Assembly: GCA_964647515.1 (NCBI GenBank)
Contig: CAZYHI010000001.1
Span: 1-58,860, forward strand
Direction: 5' to 3'
Source of the DNA: an uncultured Micavibrio sp.
GTDB lineage: Bacteria > Pseudomonadota > Alphaproteobacteria > Micavibrionales > Micavibrionaceae
Length of the DNA stretch: 58,860 bases
Shown here piece after piece: positions 45,027 through 57,374 of this stretch. The notes beneath the pieces are model-generated. The model saw only the letters and a program-made list of their open reading frames with translations. It was not told where the DNA came from and ran no database searches. Position numbers and translations under genes: made by a program. Each line of letters opens with the position of its first letter. The first letter of the stretch is position 1.

Positions 45027-46334
45027 TTATCTTTCTGTTAACGCCTTGTCCTTGGCGCGTAAGACAGGTTTTGCTAAATAACTTAAAATGGTTCTATCCC
45101 CTGTAATAATTTCAACTTCGGCAACCATACCGGGTGTAATCGGTAATGGATTTTCTTTTGTTCCTAAATAATTTTGATCCGCGCGAAGTTCAATTTCAAA
45201 AAATATATTGCCATCATTATCATTCACGCTATTGGCACCAATACGCACCAATGCTCCTTTTAACGATCCATAACGCTGTGAGTCATAAGCCGATATTTTA
45301 ATATTAGCCTCTTGATCGGGGCGTAAAAAGGCAATCTCTTGTGGCGTCACGCGGGCAATTATTTTTAAATCGTCATCCAAAGGAACAACCTCAACTAATT
45401 TCATGGCCGGTTCAATCACACCGCCAATCGTTTTAATCGCAATTTTATTCACCACACCATCCACAGGTGATTTTATTTCGGCGCGGTCAACCCGTTCCCC
45501 AATAGCCGTTAAGTTCTCACTTAATTGCGATATCTGACTTTCAATATCATTAAGCTCCCCTAAAACCTGACTTTTAAACTTATCTTCACGGTCGGCGCGT
45601 TCACGCTGCGCCCCTCTTAAATCAGCTTCAAGGCCGCTCTTTTTTTGCCCTGCTTCACGAATTTGTCCTGCAATATTTGAAATCTCGCGATTAAGGCGAA
45701 TTTCTTCAATTTGCGGCACAGCCTTTTGCGCCACCATTCTTTTTGTAATCGTCAGTTCTTGATTAAGTGATTTACGACTATCAGCAAATCTATTGATTTT
45801 GGCTTGCGCCTCTCTTATACCGGCACGTGCGCTTGAAATTTTATTATCTAAAATAGACTTCGCATTGCTTAACTCTTGCTGACGCGATTGATACAACGCT
45901 TGCTCATTACGGGCAATATCAGGGAACTTATCCGCCACCTCTTTAGGAACGGTAAATGTTTTACCCGCGGCCTCGGCGTCCAATCTTGCCTTCTTGGCTT
46001 TCAATGCCAATGTTCGTGCCTCAGTTCCGCGCTCTTCGGACGCAAAAGCAACATCATTGACCTTTAATAATATCTGTCCTTTTTTAACCTGCTGACCTTC
46101 ACGAACCAAAAGCTCGGTTAAAATACCGCCTTCTAAGCTTTGCACCACTTGAATTTCTTGCGTTGGGACAACCTGCCCACTGCCATGGGTAATCTCTTCT
46201 ATTTCCGATGTTCCTGCCCAAATAAAAAAGGCAAGAACCAGCGAGACAATCGTCAACAACATAAAATGCGAAGCCGTTGACGGCTTCATCCGTGTCGCGG
46301 CTTCCAATTCATTCATAAATTCTTTATCAGGCAT
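45027..46334 (-). CDS. HlyD family type I secretion periplasmic adaptor
   Basis: 435 aa with an N-terminal TM segment, a long coiled coil, and a C-terminal beta-barrel ending in ITGDRTILSYLAKPV, typical of HlyD/LssD adaptors. Confidence 0.9.
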   Translation of the reverse strand: MPDKEFMNELEAATRMKPSTASHFMLLTIVSLVLAFFIWAGTSEIEEITHGSGQVVPTQEIQVVQSLEGGILTELLVREGQQVKKGQILLKVNDVAFASEERGTEARTLALKAKKARLDAEAAGKTFTVPKEVADKFPDIARNEQALYQSRQQELSNAKSILDNKISSARAGIREAQAKINRFADSRKSLNQELTITKRMVAQKAVPQIEEIRLNREISNIAGQIREAGQKKSGLEADLRGAQRERADREDKFKSQVLGELNDIESQISQLSENLTAIGERVDRAEIKSPVDGVVNKIAIKTIGGVIEPAMKLVEVVPLDDDLKIIARVTPQEIAFLRPDQEANIKISAYDSQRYGSLKGALVRIGANSVNDNDGNIFFEIELRADQNYLGTKENPLPITPGMVAEVEIITGDRTILSYLAKPVLRAKDKALTER

Positions 46335-46340
46335 GTCTTA

Positions 46341-48506
46341 TCAATCTTTCGGAACTTGTATCTTACCTTGATTAATTTTTTCAATCACCATATCACGTTC
46401 ACCATCCATGATGATGCGCCCTTGATCCATTAAAATCAAACGATCCACCATAGTTAACAGATGATGACGATGTGTAATCAAAATAAGCGTCTTCTCTTTT
46501 GTTTGTTGTTGAATGTGATGCACAAAGGAATTTTCAGCCTGCGTATCCATCGCATTTGTCGGTTCATCACAAATATATAAGTTAGGTTTCAACAACATCG
46601 CACGCGCCAAAGCCACACATTGTCTTTGACCACCGCTTAAGCCTTCACCTCTCTCACCGACGGGCGCATCATATCCCATGGGGTGTTGTGCAATGAAATC
46701 ATGCACACCTGCAGCCGTTGAAGCTTCCAAAATATCTTCCTCGCTCGCATGGGGGACACTGACAATAATATTATCACGCACCGTACCATTAAACAGCACG
46801 ACATCTTGCGCGATATAGGCCATGTTACGACGTAAATCCGCTGGATCAATCTGACGGTAATCCGTTTTATCTAACAAAATCGTTCCGTCCGTTGGTGCAT
46901 AAAGCCCCATCGCTAAGCGCGACAATGTACTTTTACCAGAACCTATACGTCCGATAATACCAACCTTCTCCCCTGCTTCAATAGAAAAGCTAACATCTTC
47001 TAAAACCTTACGGTCTGTCTTAGGGTAAACGAAAGACGCCTTTCTAAAGGTTAAATTTCCTTTTAAATCGGGGCGATGTAAAAATTGTTTTTCGGCAGGT
47101 CGTTCAATTGGTTTAGACATTATATTGTTCAATGTTTTTAACGCCGTGCGCGCACTGTGATAACGACTCATTAAATTCGCCATTTGGCCTATCGGTGCAA
47201 TAGCGCGTCCACTCAAAAGGACACAAGCAATGAGCGCGCCAACGCTCATCGTTGAATCTTTAACCAAATACATTCCAATAAGAACGACAAAAATAGTGGC
47301 GCTTTGTTGAACCCAGCTTGATATATTCACACCTAAACCAGACACAAATCTTGATTTTTGTGAGTATTTCGAATTTTCAGCGATGTAACGACCATATCGT
47401 TCACGCATACGACCATCGGCACCCACAGCCTTAATCGTTTCTAAACCATGGATCGTTTCAATCAAAAGACCATGTTTGGCTTCCGATGATTTTGTTGATT
47501 TTTTCACCAAGGATTTCAAAGGAAATTGTAACAACACACCGGCAATAAAAACCAAGATAATAAGCCCCGCCAACACAAAGGCAATCGGCCCACCCAACAT
47601 CCAAATCACAAATAAAAATAAGAATGTAAATGGTAAATCAATAATTGTCGTCAATGTCGCCGATGTAATAAAATCACGCACAGAATCAAAATCACGCAGC
47701 ATACTCGCAAATGATCCACTGGAATTTGGCCGTTCTTCCAACTTCATATTCAATAGCTGATCATAAATGCGTCGCCCTGCAATAACATCAACGCGCCGTC
47801 CTGCAAGGTCAATAAAATACCCCCGTAAGTTTTTTAAAATAAAATCAAAAACAAAAACCGTTAAGGCTCCAAGACCTAAAACCCATCCCGTTTCAATGGC
47901 GTTATTCGGAATAACACGGTTATATATGTTCATAATAAATATAGGGCTGGTAAGGGCAAAAATATTAATAAAAATAGCTGCCACAGCCACGCGTAAATAA
48001 ATAGATTTACAATCCAGCATCGGCCCCCAAAACCAATGATCTTTGTAATCATCATTTTTGGACAATGTTTTTTCTTCAAATTCAGGTTTAGGATGAATAT
48101 AAATGGCATAACCGCTATAGGAAGATTTTAAATCTTTAAATGATACAGAACGCTCACTCTCCGTTTCTGGTGACCAAATAATCGCGCTTTGTTCGTTTTT
48201 GTTTATTTTTAGCAACACACAAGCTTGCTCATTATCCAGCACTAAAACAACAGGTAAAACAGCCGAAGGGATTTTGTTAATATTGGCACGTTTTATAATT
48301 TTTGTTTTTAAATTAATACGCTCCGCCGCCTCACAAAACAAAGAAGGTTTCATATGATCTTGCGCATAGGCCAGACCAGAAACAAGGGCTTGAGATGATT
48401 TAGCACGTCCATAATGCGTCGTTAAAAAAACAAGGCATTCTAATAAAGGATCAATCTTTGATTTTGTCTTTAATTCTAGCTTGGTTTCTAATTCAGGCAA
48501 ATTCAA
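46341..48506 (-). CDS. type I secretion system permease/ATPase with N-terminal C39-like domain (LssB-like)
   Basis: 721 aa. The N-terminal DPLLECLVFLTTHYG is a C39-like domain. Six TM segments follow. Walker A is GRIGSGKST, the signature is LSGGQRQ, and Walker B is LYICDEPT. Confidence 0.92.
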   Translation of the reverse strand: MNLPELETKLELKTKSKIDPLLECLVFLTTHYGRAKSSQALVSGLAYAQDHMKPSLFCEAAERINLKTKIIKRANINKIPSAVLPVVLVLDNEQACVLLKINKNEQSAIIWSPETESERSVSFKDLKSSYSGYAIYIHPKPEFEEKTLSKNDDYKDHWFWGPMLDCKSIYLRVAVAAIFINIFALTSPIFIMNIYNRVIPNNAIETGWVLGLGALTVFVFDFILKNLRGYFIDLAGRRVDVIAGRRIYDQLLNMKLEERPNSSGSFASMLRDFDSVRDFITSATLTTIIDLPFTFLFLFVIWMLGGPIAFVLAGLIILVFIAGVLLQFPLKSLVKKSTKSSEAKHGLLIETIHGLETIKAVGADGRMRERYGRYIAENSKYSQKSRFVSGLGVNISSWVQQSATIFVVLIGMYLVKDSTMSVGALIACVLLSGRAIAPIGQMANLMSRYHSARTALKTLNNIMSKPIERPAEKQFLHRPDLKGNLTFRKASFVYPKTDRKVLEDVSFSIEAGEKVGIIGRIGSGKSTLSRLAMGLYAPTDGTILLDKTDYRQIDPADLRRNMAYIAQDVVLFNGTVRDNIIVSVPHASEEDILEASTAAGVHDFIAQHPMGYDAPVGERGEGLSGGQRQCVALARAMLLKPNLYICDEPTNAMDTQAENSFVHHIQQQTKEKTLILITHRHHLLTMVDRLILMDQGRIIMDGERDMVIEKINQGKIQVPKD

Positions 48507-48518
48507 CCCCTTACGAGT

Positions 48519-50087
48519 TTATTGTGTTGTAATATAAACGCGCTCACTGGATGCCGATGAATGAAGCCTTGGCTTATATAACTGAGGTTCTACAACAGGT
48601 ATTGCTGGCTCGATAATCTTTTCTGGCACTCTTTCTTCAAAAGCAGGTTGAATAATCGGCACTCTTGGTTCAAACGATTTACGAACAGGGATAGGCGCAC
48701 TTAATTTAATTTTTTCAACAGGTTTTGTTCTTACAATAGGTTGAGGAACATCTGCAGCGGAGTGAACAGAAGAAGTATTTAATTGAACATCGCCAATCAC
48801 TCTATTTTGCAACTGCCCCATACTGGCTAAAATATTATATTTAGCAAATAAAGTGCGGTAATTTGCCCCAATAGATTCTAATTGCGCATTAAAGAGTTGA
48901 TTTTCCGCCTGCATTAATTGCAACAAACGAACACGCGCCCCTTCAAATTGAATTTTATACGCATCCGATAATTCACGCGTCACTGTTTCTCTCTTTTCAA
49001 CCAAGGCAACTTGCTTTTGCGCCGTTTCCAGCTCGCTATACGCCCGCTGAATGTCACCTTCAATAGTACGCAACTGTTCTTTATTCTGCGCCGCTATTTC
49101 AGCATACTGCGCTTTAGATCTATTCACGCGTGCCTTAGAAGCACCACCAGTTTCAAAATCCCAATTCATCCTTACAAGCGCACGCGCATCTTCTAATTTG
49201 CCACCAATAACCTCTCGTTGTTCGCGTTTAATACCCGATAATTCGGCATCAACACTTGGTAAAATATCCGCTTTTTCAACTTTTACATCATAGGCAATCG
49301 CTTCCATCTCTTTTGCATTAGACTTTAGAAGCGGGTGATTTTCTCTTGCATAAGAAAATGCAGCAGACGGTGTTCCAACAAGATTAGACACATCACGCGG
49401 TTCAACAAGAGCCGTTCTTGGGCGATGACCTATAATTTCTTTATAATTGGCGCGTGCGGTTTCCAACTGCCCTTCATAATCAACTAAAGAACTTTGAAGC
49501 ATTAAACCAATATTGCGCGCCTGCGCCGCTTCTGATTCATCTGCGGCTCCTTCATTCACCATAAGCTCAATACGTTGCAAATAATTTTCAATAGAGGCCA
49601 AATAAGACTTTGTTTTATTTAATGTTGCTTGCGCCTGTAAAACCCCAATATGTGCTTGCGTTGCCCGCAAAGCCAAATTCTCACGCACATCTAAAACATT
49701 GTAATCCGCAGACTCTATACGTGCATGAGCCGCTCCAACTCTATTTTTGATCTGCCCACCACCATAAAGAGGTTGCGTTAAGCTCGCACTGACTTCAAAC
49801 AAGCCTGAAGAAGCTGAATCCCTTGTGACGGACAAGCCACGGCTAACACTATTATTTGCAAAAAGACCACCAACTGACGTTTCCGCCGATAATGTTGGAA
49901 ATAAATCAGATTTTGCTTCTCGGCGTGTGGCACTGGCCGCATCACGCCCTCTTAGTGCCGCCTCAACACTAGGGTGCGTTTCCAACGCCTTAAGCACGGA
50001 TTCCTTCAATGTCTCTGATGAAGCGCTTTGACACACGCCAAAAGACAATATTGTCGTACAACTATAGAGAAGGATTTTTTTATACAT
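48519..50087 (-). CDS. TolC family outer membrane channel with Pro-rich C-terminal extension
   Basis: 522 aa with a signal peptide and two TolC-type repeat halves (LKESVLKALETHPSVEAA, typical of T1SS TolC). There is a ~90-aa extra C-terminal tail rich in Pro/Val/Glu. Confidence 0.88.
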   Translation of the reverse strand: MYKKILLYSCTTILSFGVCQSASSETLKESVLKALETHPSVEAALRGRDAASATRREAKSDLFPTLSAETSVGGLFANNSVSRGLSVTRDSASSGLFEVSASLTQPLYGGGQIKNRVGAAHARIESADYNVLDVRENLALRATQAHIGVLQAQATLNKTKSYLASIENYLQRIELMVNEGAADESEAAQARNIGLMLQSSLVDYEGQLETARANYKEIIGHRPRTALVEPRDVSNLVGTPSAAFSYARENHPLLKSNAKEMEAIAYDVKVEKADILPSVDAELSGIKREQREVIGGKLEDARALVRMNWDFETGGASKARVNRSKAQYAEIAAQNKEQLRTIEGDIQRAYSELETAQKQVALVEKRETVTRELSDAYKIQFEGARVRLLQLMQAENQLFNAQLESIGANYRTLFAKYNILASMGQLQNRVIGDVQLNTSSVHSAADVPQPIVRTKPVEKIKLSAPIPVRKSFEPRVPIIQPAFEERVPEKIIEPAIPVVEPQLYKPRLHSSASSERVYITTQ

Positions 50088-50268
50088 ATATTAGAGGCCT
50101 TACTAAATGAACACCCAAAAAGTGCAAAAAGAACATTCGCACAGTTACAAATTTTACATCTCTATTGGTTTTTTAGCAAGTATTTGCACATATTATGTGT
50201 CATTTTCACCATTAACGGCTAAAAATAGGTTAACATTAACTCATAATTTGAAAAGACAGCCCTGATAT

Positions 50269-53281
<3,013 letters not shown>

Positions 53282-54946
53282 TTACGCCGCCCGCTCTTTT
53301 TTAGAATGCCCTTCAAGTAACTTCCCTGCCGCCGCCCGCGCTTCATCAGAAATACTTGCCCCTGCTAACATACGTGCAATTTCTTCTTGTCTATCTTTGT
53401 TATCCTGCAAGGGAATAATGTTGGTCTTCACATCTTTTGTTCCTGTCTTTGACACAATCCAATGATGTCCTGCAATCGCCGCCACTTGTGGAGAATGCGT
53501 GACAACCAGAACTTGTTTATGTTGCGACAGCTTTGATAAACGCTCACCCACTGCCGCCGCCGTTGCCCCGCCAATACCGCTATCCACCTCATCAAAGACA
53601 AGGCTTTGCGCCATACCCGTTTCGGACAACACAACTTTTAAGGCCAACGTAAAACGTGACAATTCACCACCTGAGGCCACTTTATTTAAAGGCCCTGCAT
53701 CGGCACCCGGATTGGTCGCGATTAAAAATTCAACTTTATCCGATCCATTTTTTGTCCAACTTTCTTGATCCAAATCATGAACGGCCACTTCAAAACGCGT
53801 TTTTTCTAATTTAAGCGGGGCAAGCTCATCCATGACATCTTTGGCCATTTTCTTTGCCGCCTCCTTACGTTTATCAGATAGTTTATCCGCTAAGTTCTGA
53901 AATTCATTTTCTGCTTGTTCGCATTGGCGAATTAATTTCGCAAAATTATGATCTTGGTTTTCAATGTCAAGCAACGCTTGGGCAATTTCATCACGTTTTT
54001 GTGATAACGCATCAATTTCACAATCATGTTTTCGTGCTTGCGCCTTTAACGCAAATAAGCGGTCATCAATTTCACTTAATGAATATTCACTATTTTCAAT
54101 ATCTGATGAAATTTTTGATAGGCTCTCTAAAACTTCCTGAAGCTCTGCATTGGTTCTATCCATTGCATTTATTGCCTCTTGGCCATCTTCACCAATTTTT
54201 TCCAGCGCCCGCCAAACATTACCCGAAACATTCTCTATATCTTCAATACCTTTACGTGCTTCATTTAAATTTTCTAAAATTTGTTCACGGCGCATAAGGC
54301 GTTCGCGCAATTTTGACAGCTTATCTTCTTCCTTATCTTTGGGAGACAGCGCATCAATATCTTCTAAAGATTTTCGAAAATACTCTTCATCTTCACGGGC
54401 ATTATCCATCGCTTCTTTTTGTCGTTGAAGCGTGGTCGTTAAATCTTTCCATGTTGCCCAAATCGTCTTTATCTTGGTTATATCTTTTTCATGACCGCCA
54501 TATTCATCCAACAAAGTGATATGGTTCTGCGGATTTAACAAAGCATGCGTATCAAACTGTCCATGAATTTCAATGAGATTTTCGGCTATCTTTTTTAATA
54601 AATTAACGCTGATGGGTTGATCATTGATAAACGCTTTGGATCGCCCTTCTGCCGTTAAACTACGACGAACAATCAGCTCGCCTTCATTTGAAATATCGTT
54701 CTCTTTCAAAATATTGAAAACATGGTGGTCTAAAGATAGATCAAAATCAGCAATAACGCTTGCTTGCGCACAACCATGGCGGACAAGCCCCGCATCGGCA
54801 CGCGCGCCCAACGCCAAGCCTAATGAATCAAGTAAGATTGATTTACCCGCCCCCGTCTCACCCGTCAGCGCACATAAGCCTTTAGAAAAATCTATTGTCA
54901 GTTGATCAATGAGGACAATGTTTTTAATTGAAAGGGTTGCGAGCAT
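53282..54946 (-). CDS. recN: DNA repair protein RecN
   Basis: 554-aa SMC-like protein with Walker A GETGAGKS, a long coiled coil, a C-terminal ASGGELSR signature and a LVFDEVD Walker B. Confidence 0.95.
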   Translation of the reverse strand: MLATLSIKNIVLIDQLTIDFSKGLCALTGETGAGKSILLDSLGLALGARADAGLVRHGCAQASVIADFDLSLDHHVFNILKENDISNEGELIVRRSLTAEGRSKAFINDQPISVNLLKKIAENLIEIHGQFDTHALLNPQNHITLLDEYGGHEKDITKIKTIWATWKDLTTTLQRQKEAMDNAREDEEYFRKSLEDIDALSPKDKEEDKLSKLRERLMRREQILENLNEARKGIEDIENVSGNVWRALEKIGEDGQEAINAMDRTNAELQEVLESLSKISSDIENSEYSLSEIDDRLFALKAQARKHDCEIDALSQKRDEIAQALLDIENQDHNFAKLIRQCEQAENEFQNLADKLSDKRKEAAKKMAKDVMDELAPLKLEKTRFEVAVHDLDQESWTKNGSDKVEFLIATNPGADAGPLNKVASGGELSRFTLALKVVLSETGMAQSLVFDEVDSGIGGATAAAVGERLSKLSQHKQVLVVTHSPQVAAIAGHHWIVSKTGTKDVKTNIIPLQDNKDRQEEIARMLAGASISDEARAAAGKLLEGHSKKERAA

Positions 54947-54967
54947 GATATCTTTGAGCCCGCCCTA

Positions 54968-55831
54968 TTAACCCGCTCTAAATACAGAATCAACGGTCTT
55001 ATCAATGAAGGAGCGGTCTTTTAAAATTTTCTCTCGTGATTTTGTATCTAAGATTTTATAACTATCTTGATACCATTTTGAACCAGGATAATTATGCCCC
55101 AACACCGCCGCAACACGCGTTGCCTCACCTTTCAGACCCAACGTCAAATATGATTCCACAAGGCGGTGTAATGCCTCTGGTACATGGGTTGTTGTTTGAT
55201 AATCTTTTACAACTGTACGAAAACGATTAACCGCAGCATTAATTTCATTACGGTTCAAATAATAACGGCCAATTTCCATTTCCTTACCCGCCAAATGATC
55301 GAGCGTTAAATCACGTTTTAACTTTGCATCACGTGTATATTCACTATTGGGGAAACGCGTTATCAGCGTATCAAATGACCGCAACGCTTGCTTGGTAATC
55401 GCCTGATCACGGGCCACATCTGATATTTGCTCATAATAAGCCAATGACCTTAAATAATACGCATAATCAACATCTTCATTACCAGGATGCAATTCAACAA
55501 AACGCTCTAAGGCTAAGATCGCCTCATCATAACTATCTTCTTGATACGCCGAATAAGCCGCCAGCATCTGCGCCTTTGTTGCCCATTTAGAATAAGGATA
55601 TTGTCTTTCAACTTCTTGGAATGCTTGAATCGCGCCGCGATAGTTTTTCTTATCTAATTTTGCATTTGCTTCATCATAAAGCGCTTTTGCACTTTCAGTT
55701 TCAGAAATCTCAACGACTTCCGCGCTTTTATCGCCCGTTTTTTTCGTCGAAGAACAAGCACTCACTATCACGACTGCCGCCATTACCATCAAGAATTTTA
55801 AAGAATTTATCATAAGAGATTCATAGCGCAT
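54968..55831 (-). CDS. bamD: outer membrane protein assembly factor BamD
   Basis: 287 aa with a lipoprotein signal and lipobox VVIVSAC, then TPR-like repeats (YPYSKWATKAQ, FPNSEYTRDA). Confidence 0.88.
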   Translation of the reverse strand: MRYESLMINSLKFLMVMAAVVIVSACSSTKKTGDKSAEVVEISETESAKALYDEANAKLDKKNYRGAIQAFQEVERQYPYSKWATKAQMLAAYSAYQEDSYDEAILALERFVELHPGNEDVDYAYYLRSLAYYEQISDVARDQAITKQALRSFDTLITRFPNSEYTRDAKLKRDLTLDHLAGKEMEIGRYYLNRNEINAAVNRFRTVVKDYQTTTHVPEALHRLVESYLTLGLKGEATRVAAVLGHNYPGSKWYQDSYKILDTKSREKILKDRSFIDKTVDSVFRAG

Positions 55832-55907
55832 TATGAGGCAAAATGAAACGATTTAGGCGCAACATTCCCCTTAAAAAACCACAGAAAAGTTATATTATGT
55901 CTATGAA

Positions 55908-56840
55908 CTAGGCTGAAATAACGTCGCCAATGACGTCTTGAGATTGAGAGGGGTAAAGATGATTATCGCCTTCTTCAAATTCGACATAAAGATCAACAAT
56001 ATCCCACGCGCTATCATCGGCAAATAAAGCGCGTAAAGCTTTGTTATTCATGGCATGACCCGCACGTAACCCTTCGTAACGGCCTAAAAACAAACCACCG
56101 CATAGGGATAAATCACCAACAGCATCTAATAATTTATGACGGATAAATTCATCATGACAACGAAGCCCCTCTTCATTCATCACGCCATTATCATCAACAA
56201 CAATCGCGTTATCTAATGAACCACCCAAGGCCAAGCCATTGGCTTGCATCATTTCAACATCTTGCAATAAACAAAATGTACGGCAATCCGCCAAATCATG
56301 TTTGAAGTTTCCATTGACGAGTTTAATTTCAAAATGTTGTGACCCGATTGTCGGGTGATCATATTCAATTTGACCGCCATAAACAGGAACTTGAGATGGT
56401 GACAAAGTCACAGTACTTCCATTTTCTGTGTAAGTCACATCCTTTAAAATACGAATAGCGCGGCGTGGCTGGCTTTGCGCCTGTACGCCGACCTCGTCAA
56501 ACAAAGCAATAAACTGGGTTGAGCTTCCATCCATAATGGGCACTTCGCCTGCATCAATTTCTACGGTCGCATTATCAATGCCACAACCACGAAAGGCCGC
56601 CATCAAATGTTCAATTGTTGCAACGGTTACGCCATTGTCATTACCAATCACCGTACAAAGGCGCGTATCAACAACATTGTCCCATGTCGCAGGAATAACA
56701 TTATCTTGATCGGTCACATCAACACGTTTAAAAACAATACCCTGATCTGATATCGCAGGATAGATTGTAATATTTACGATTTTGCCTGAATGAAGGCCAA
56801 TATCGCTTATTTTTACAATGTCTTTTAACGTGTGTTGCAT
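55908..56840 (-). CDS. lpxC: UDP-3-O-acyl-N-acetylglucosamine deacetylase
   Basis: 310 aa with MQHTLK..GLHSGK at the N-terminus and TIEHLMAA and HKLLDAVGDL motifs. Confidence 0.95.
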   Translation of the reverse strand: MQHTLKDIVKISDIGLHSGKIVNITIYPAISDQGIVFKRVDVTDQDNVIPATWDNVVDTRLCTVIGNDNGVTVATIEHLMAAFRGCGIDNATVEIDAGEVPIMDGSSTQFIALFDEVGVQAQSQPRRAIRILKDVTYTENGSTVTLSPSQVPVYGGQIEYDHPTIGSQHFEIKLVNGNFKHDLADCRTFCLLQDVEMMQANGLALGGSLDNAIVVDDNGVMNEEGLRCHDEFIRHKLLDAVGDLSLCGGLFLGRYEGLRAGHAMNNKALRALFADDSAWDIVDLYVEFEEGDNHLYPSQSQDVIGDVISA

Positions 56841-57257
56841 ATGAAAAGTCCTTTTATATATAACTTAATATACAAAATATCAGCGACAAAGCGCAGACAC
56901 GTTTTGTATCACCGTGTTACACACCTTAAGTCATTGATTTTATTGCCCTGTTTCCCCCCCTTATCACTTTTGTTTAGTTCGTTCGTATCTGGGCGTTTTT
57001 TAAAATTTAACCCTTTGATTTTAAACAATTTTCTTTCAGTCTGTTTGTTATTATCACTCTCCACCTGATAGTTTTTTTTAAGCTTAACAAGAAATAGGAA
57101 TATTATCATATTTTATCAGGAAAATAAAGAAAATTTTAACACGGAGAACTTCACAGAGTTTTTTATAAGTATTCACATCCCAACGGAAGCAAGAATCTTT
57201 ATATTCTAATAGACTCCAGCTTTCGCTGGAGTGTGAAAATGAAAAGGCGGTCCATAT

Positions 57258-57284
57258 AAAAAAAGGGAGCTCCGAAAAGCTCCC
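57258..57284 (-). terminator. rho-independent terminator downstream of ftsZ
   Basis: 7-bp stem gggagct/agctccc (57265-57271 / 57278-57284). On the minus strand the hairpin is followed by TTTTTTT (57264-57258). Confidence 0.6.
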
Positions 57285-57374
57285 TCAAGTTACATCATCT
57301 GGAGGACACCAGATAAAACTTAATCATGATACACAATCTACTTAATCAACTAATTCTTTTATTAATTCGCCTTA

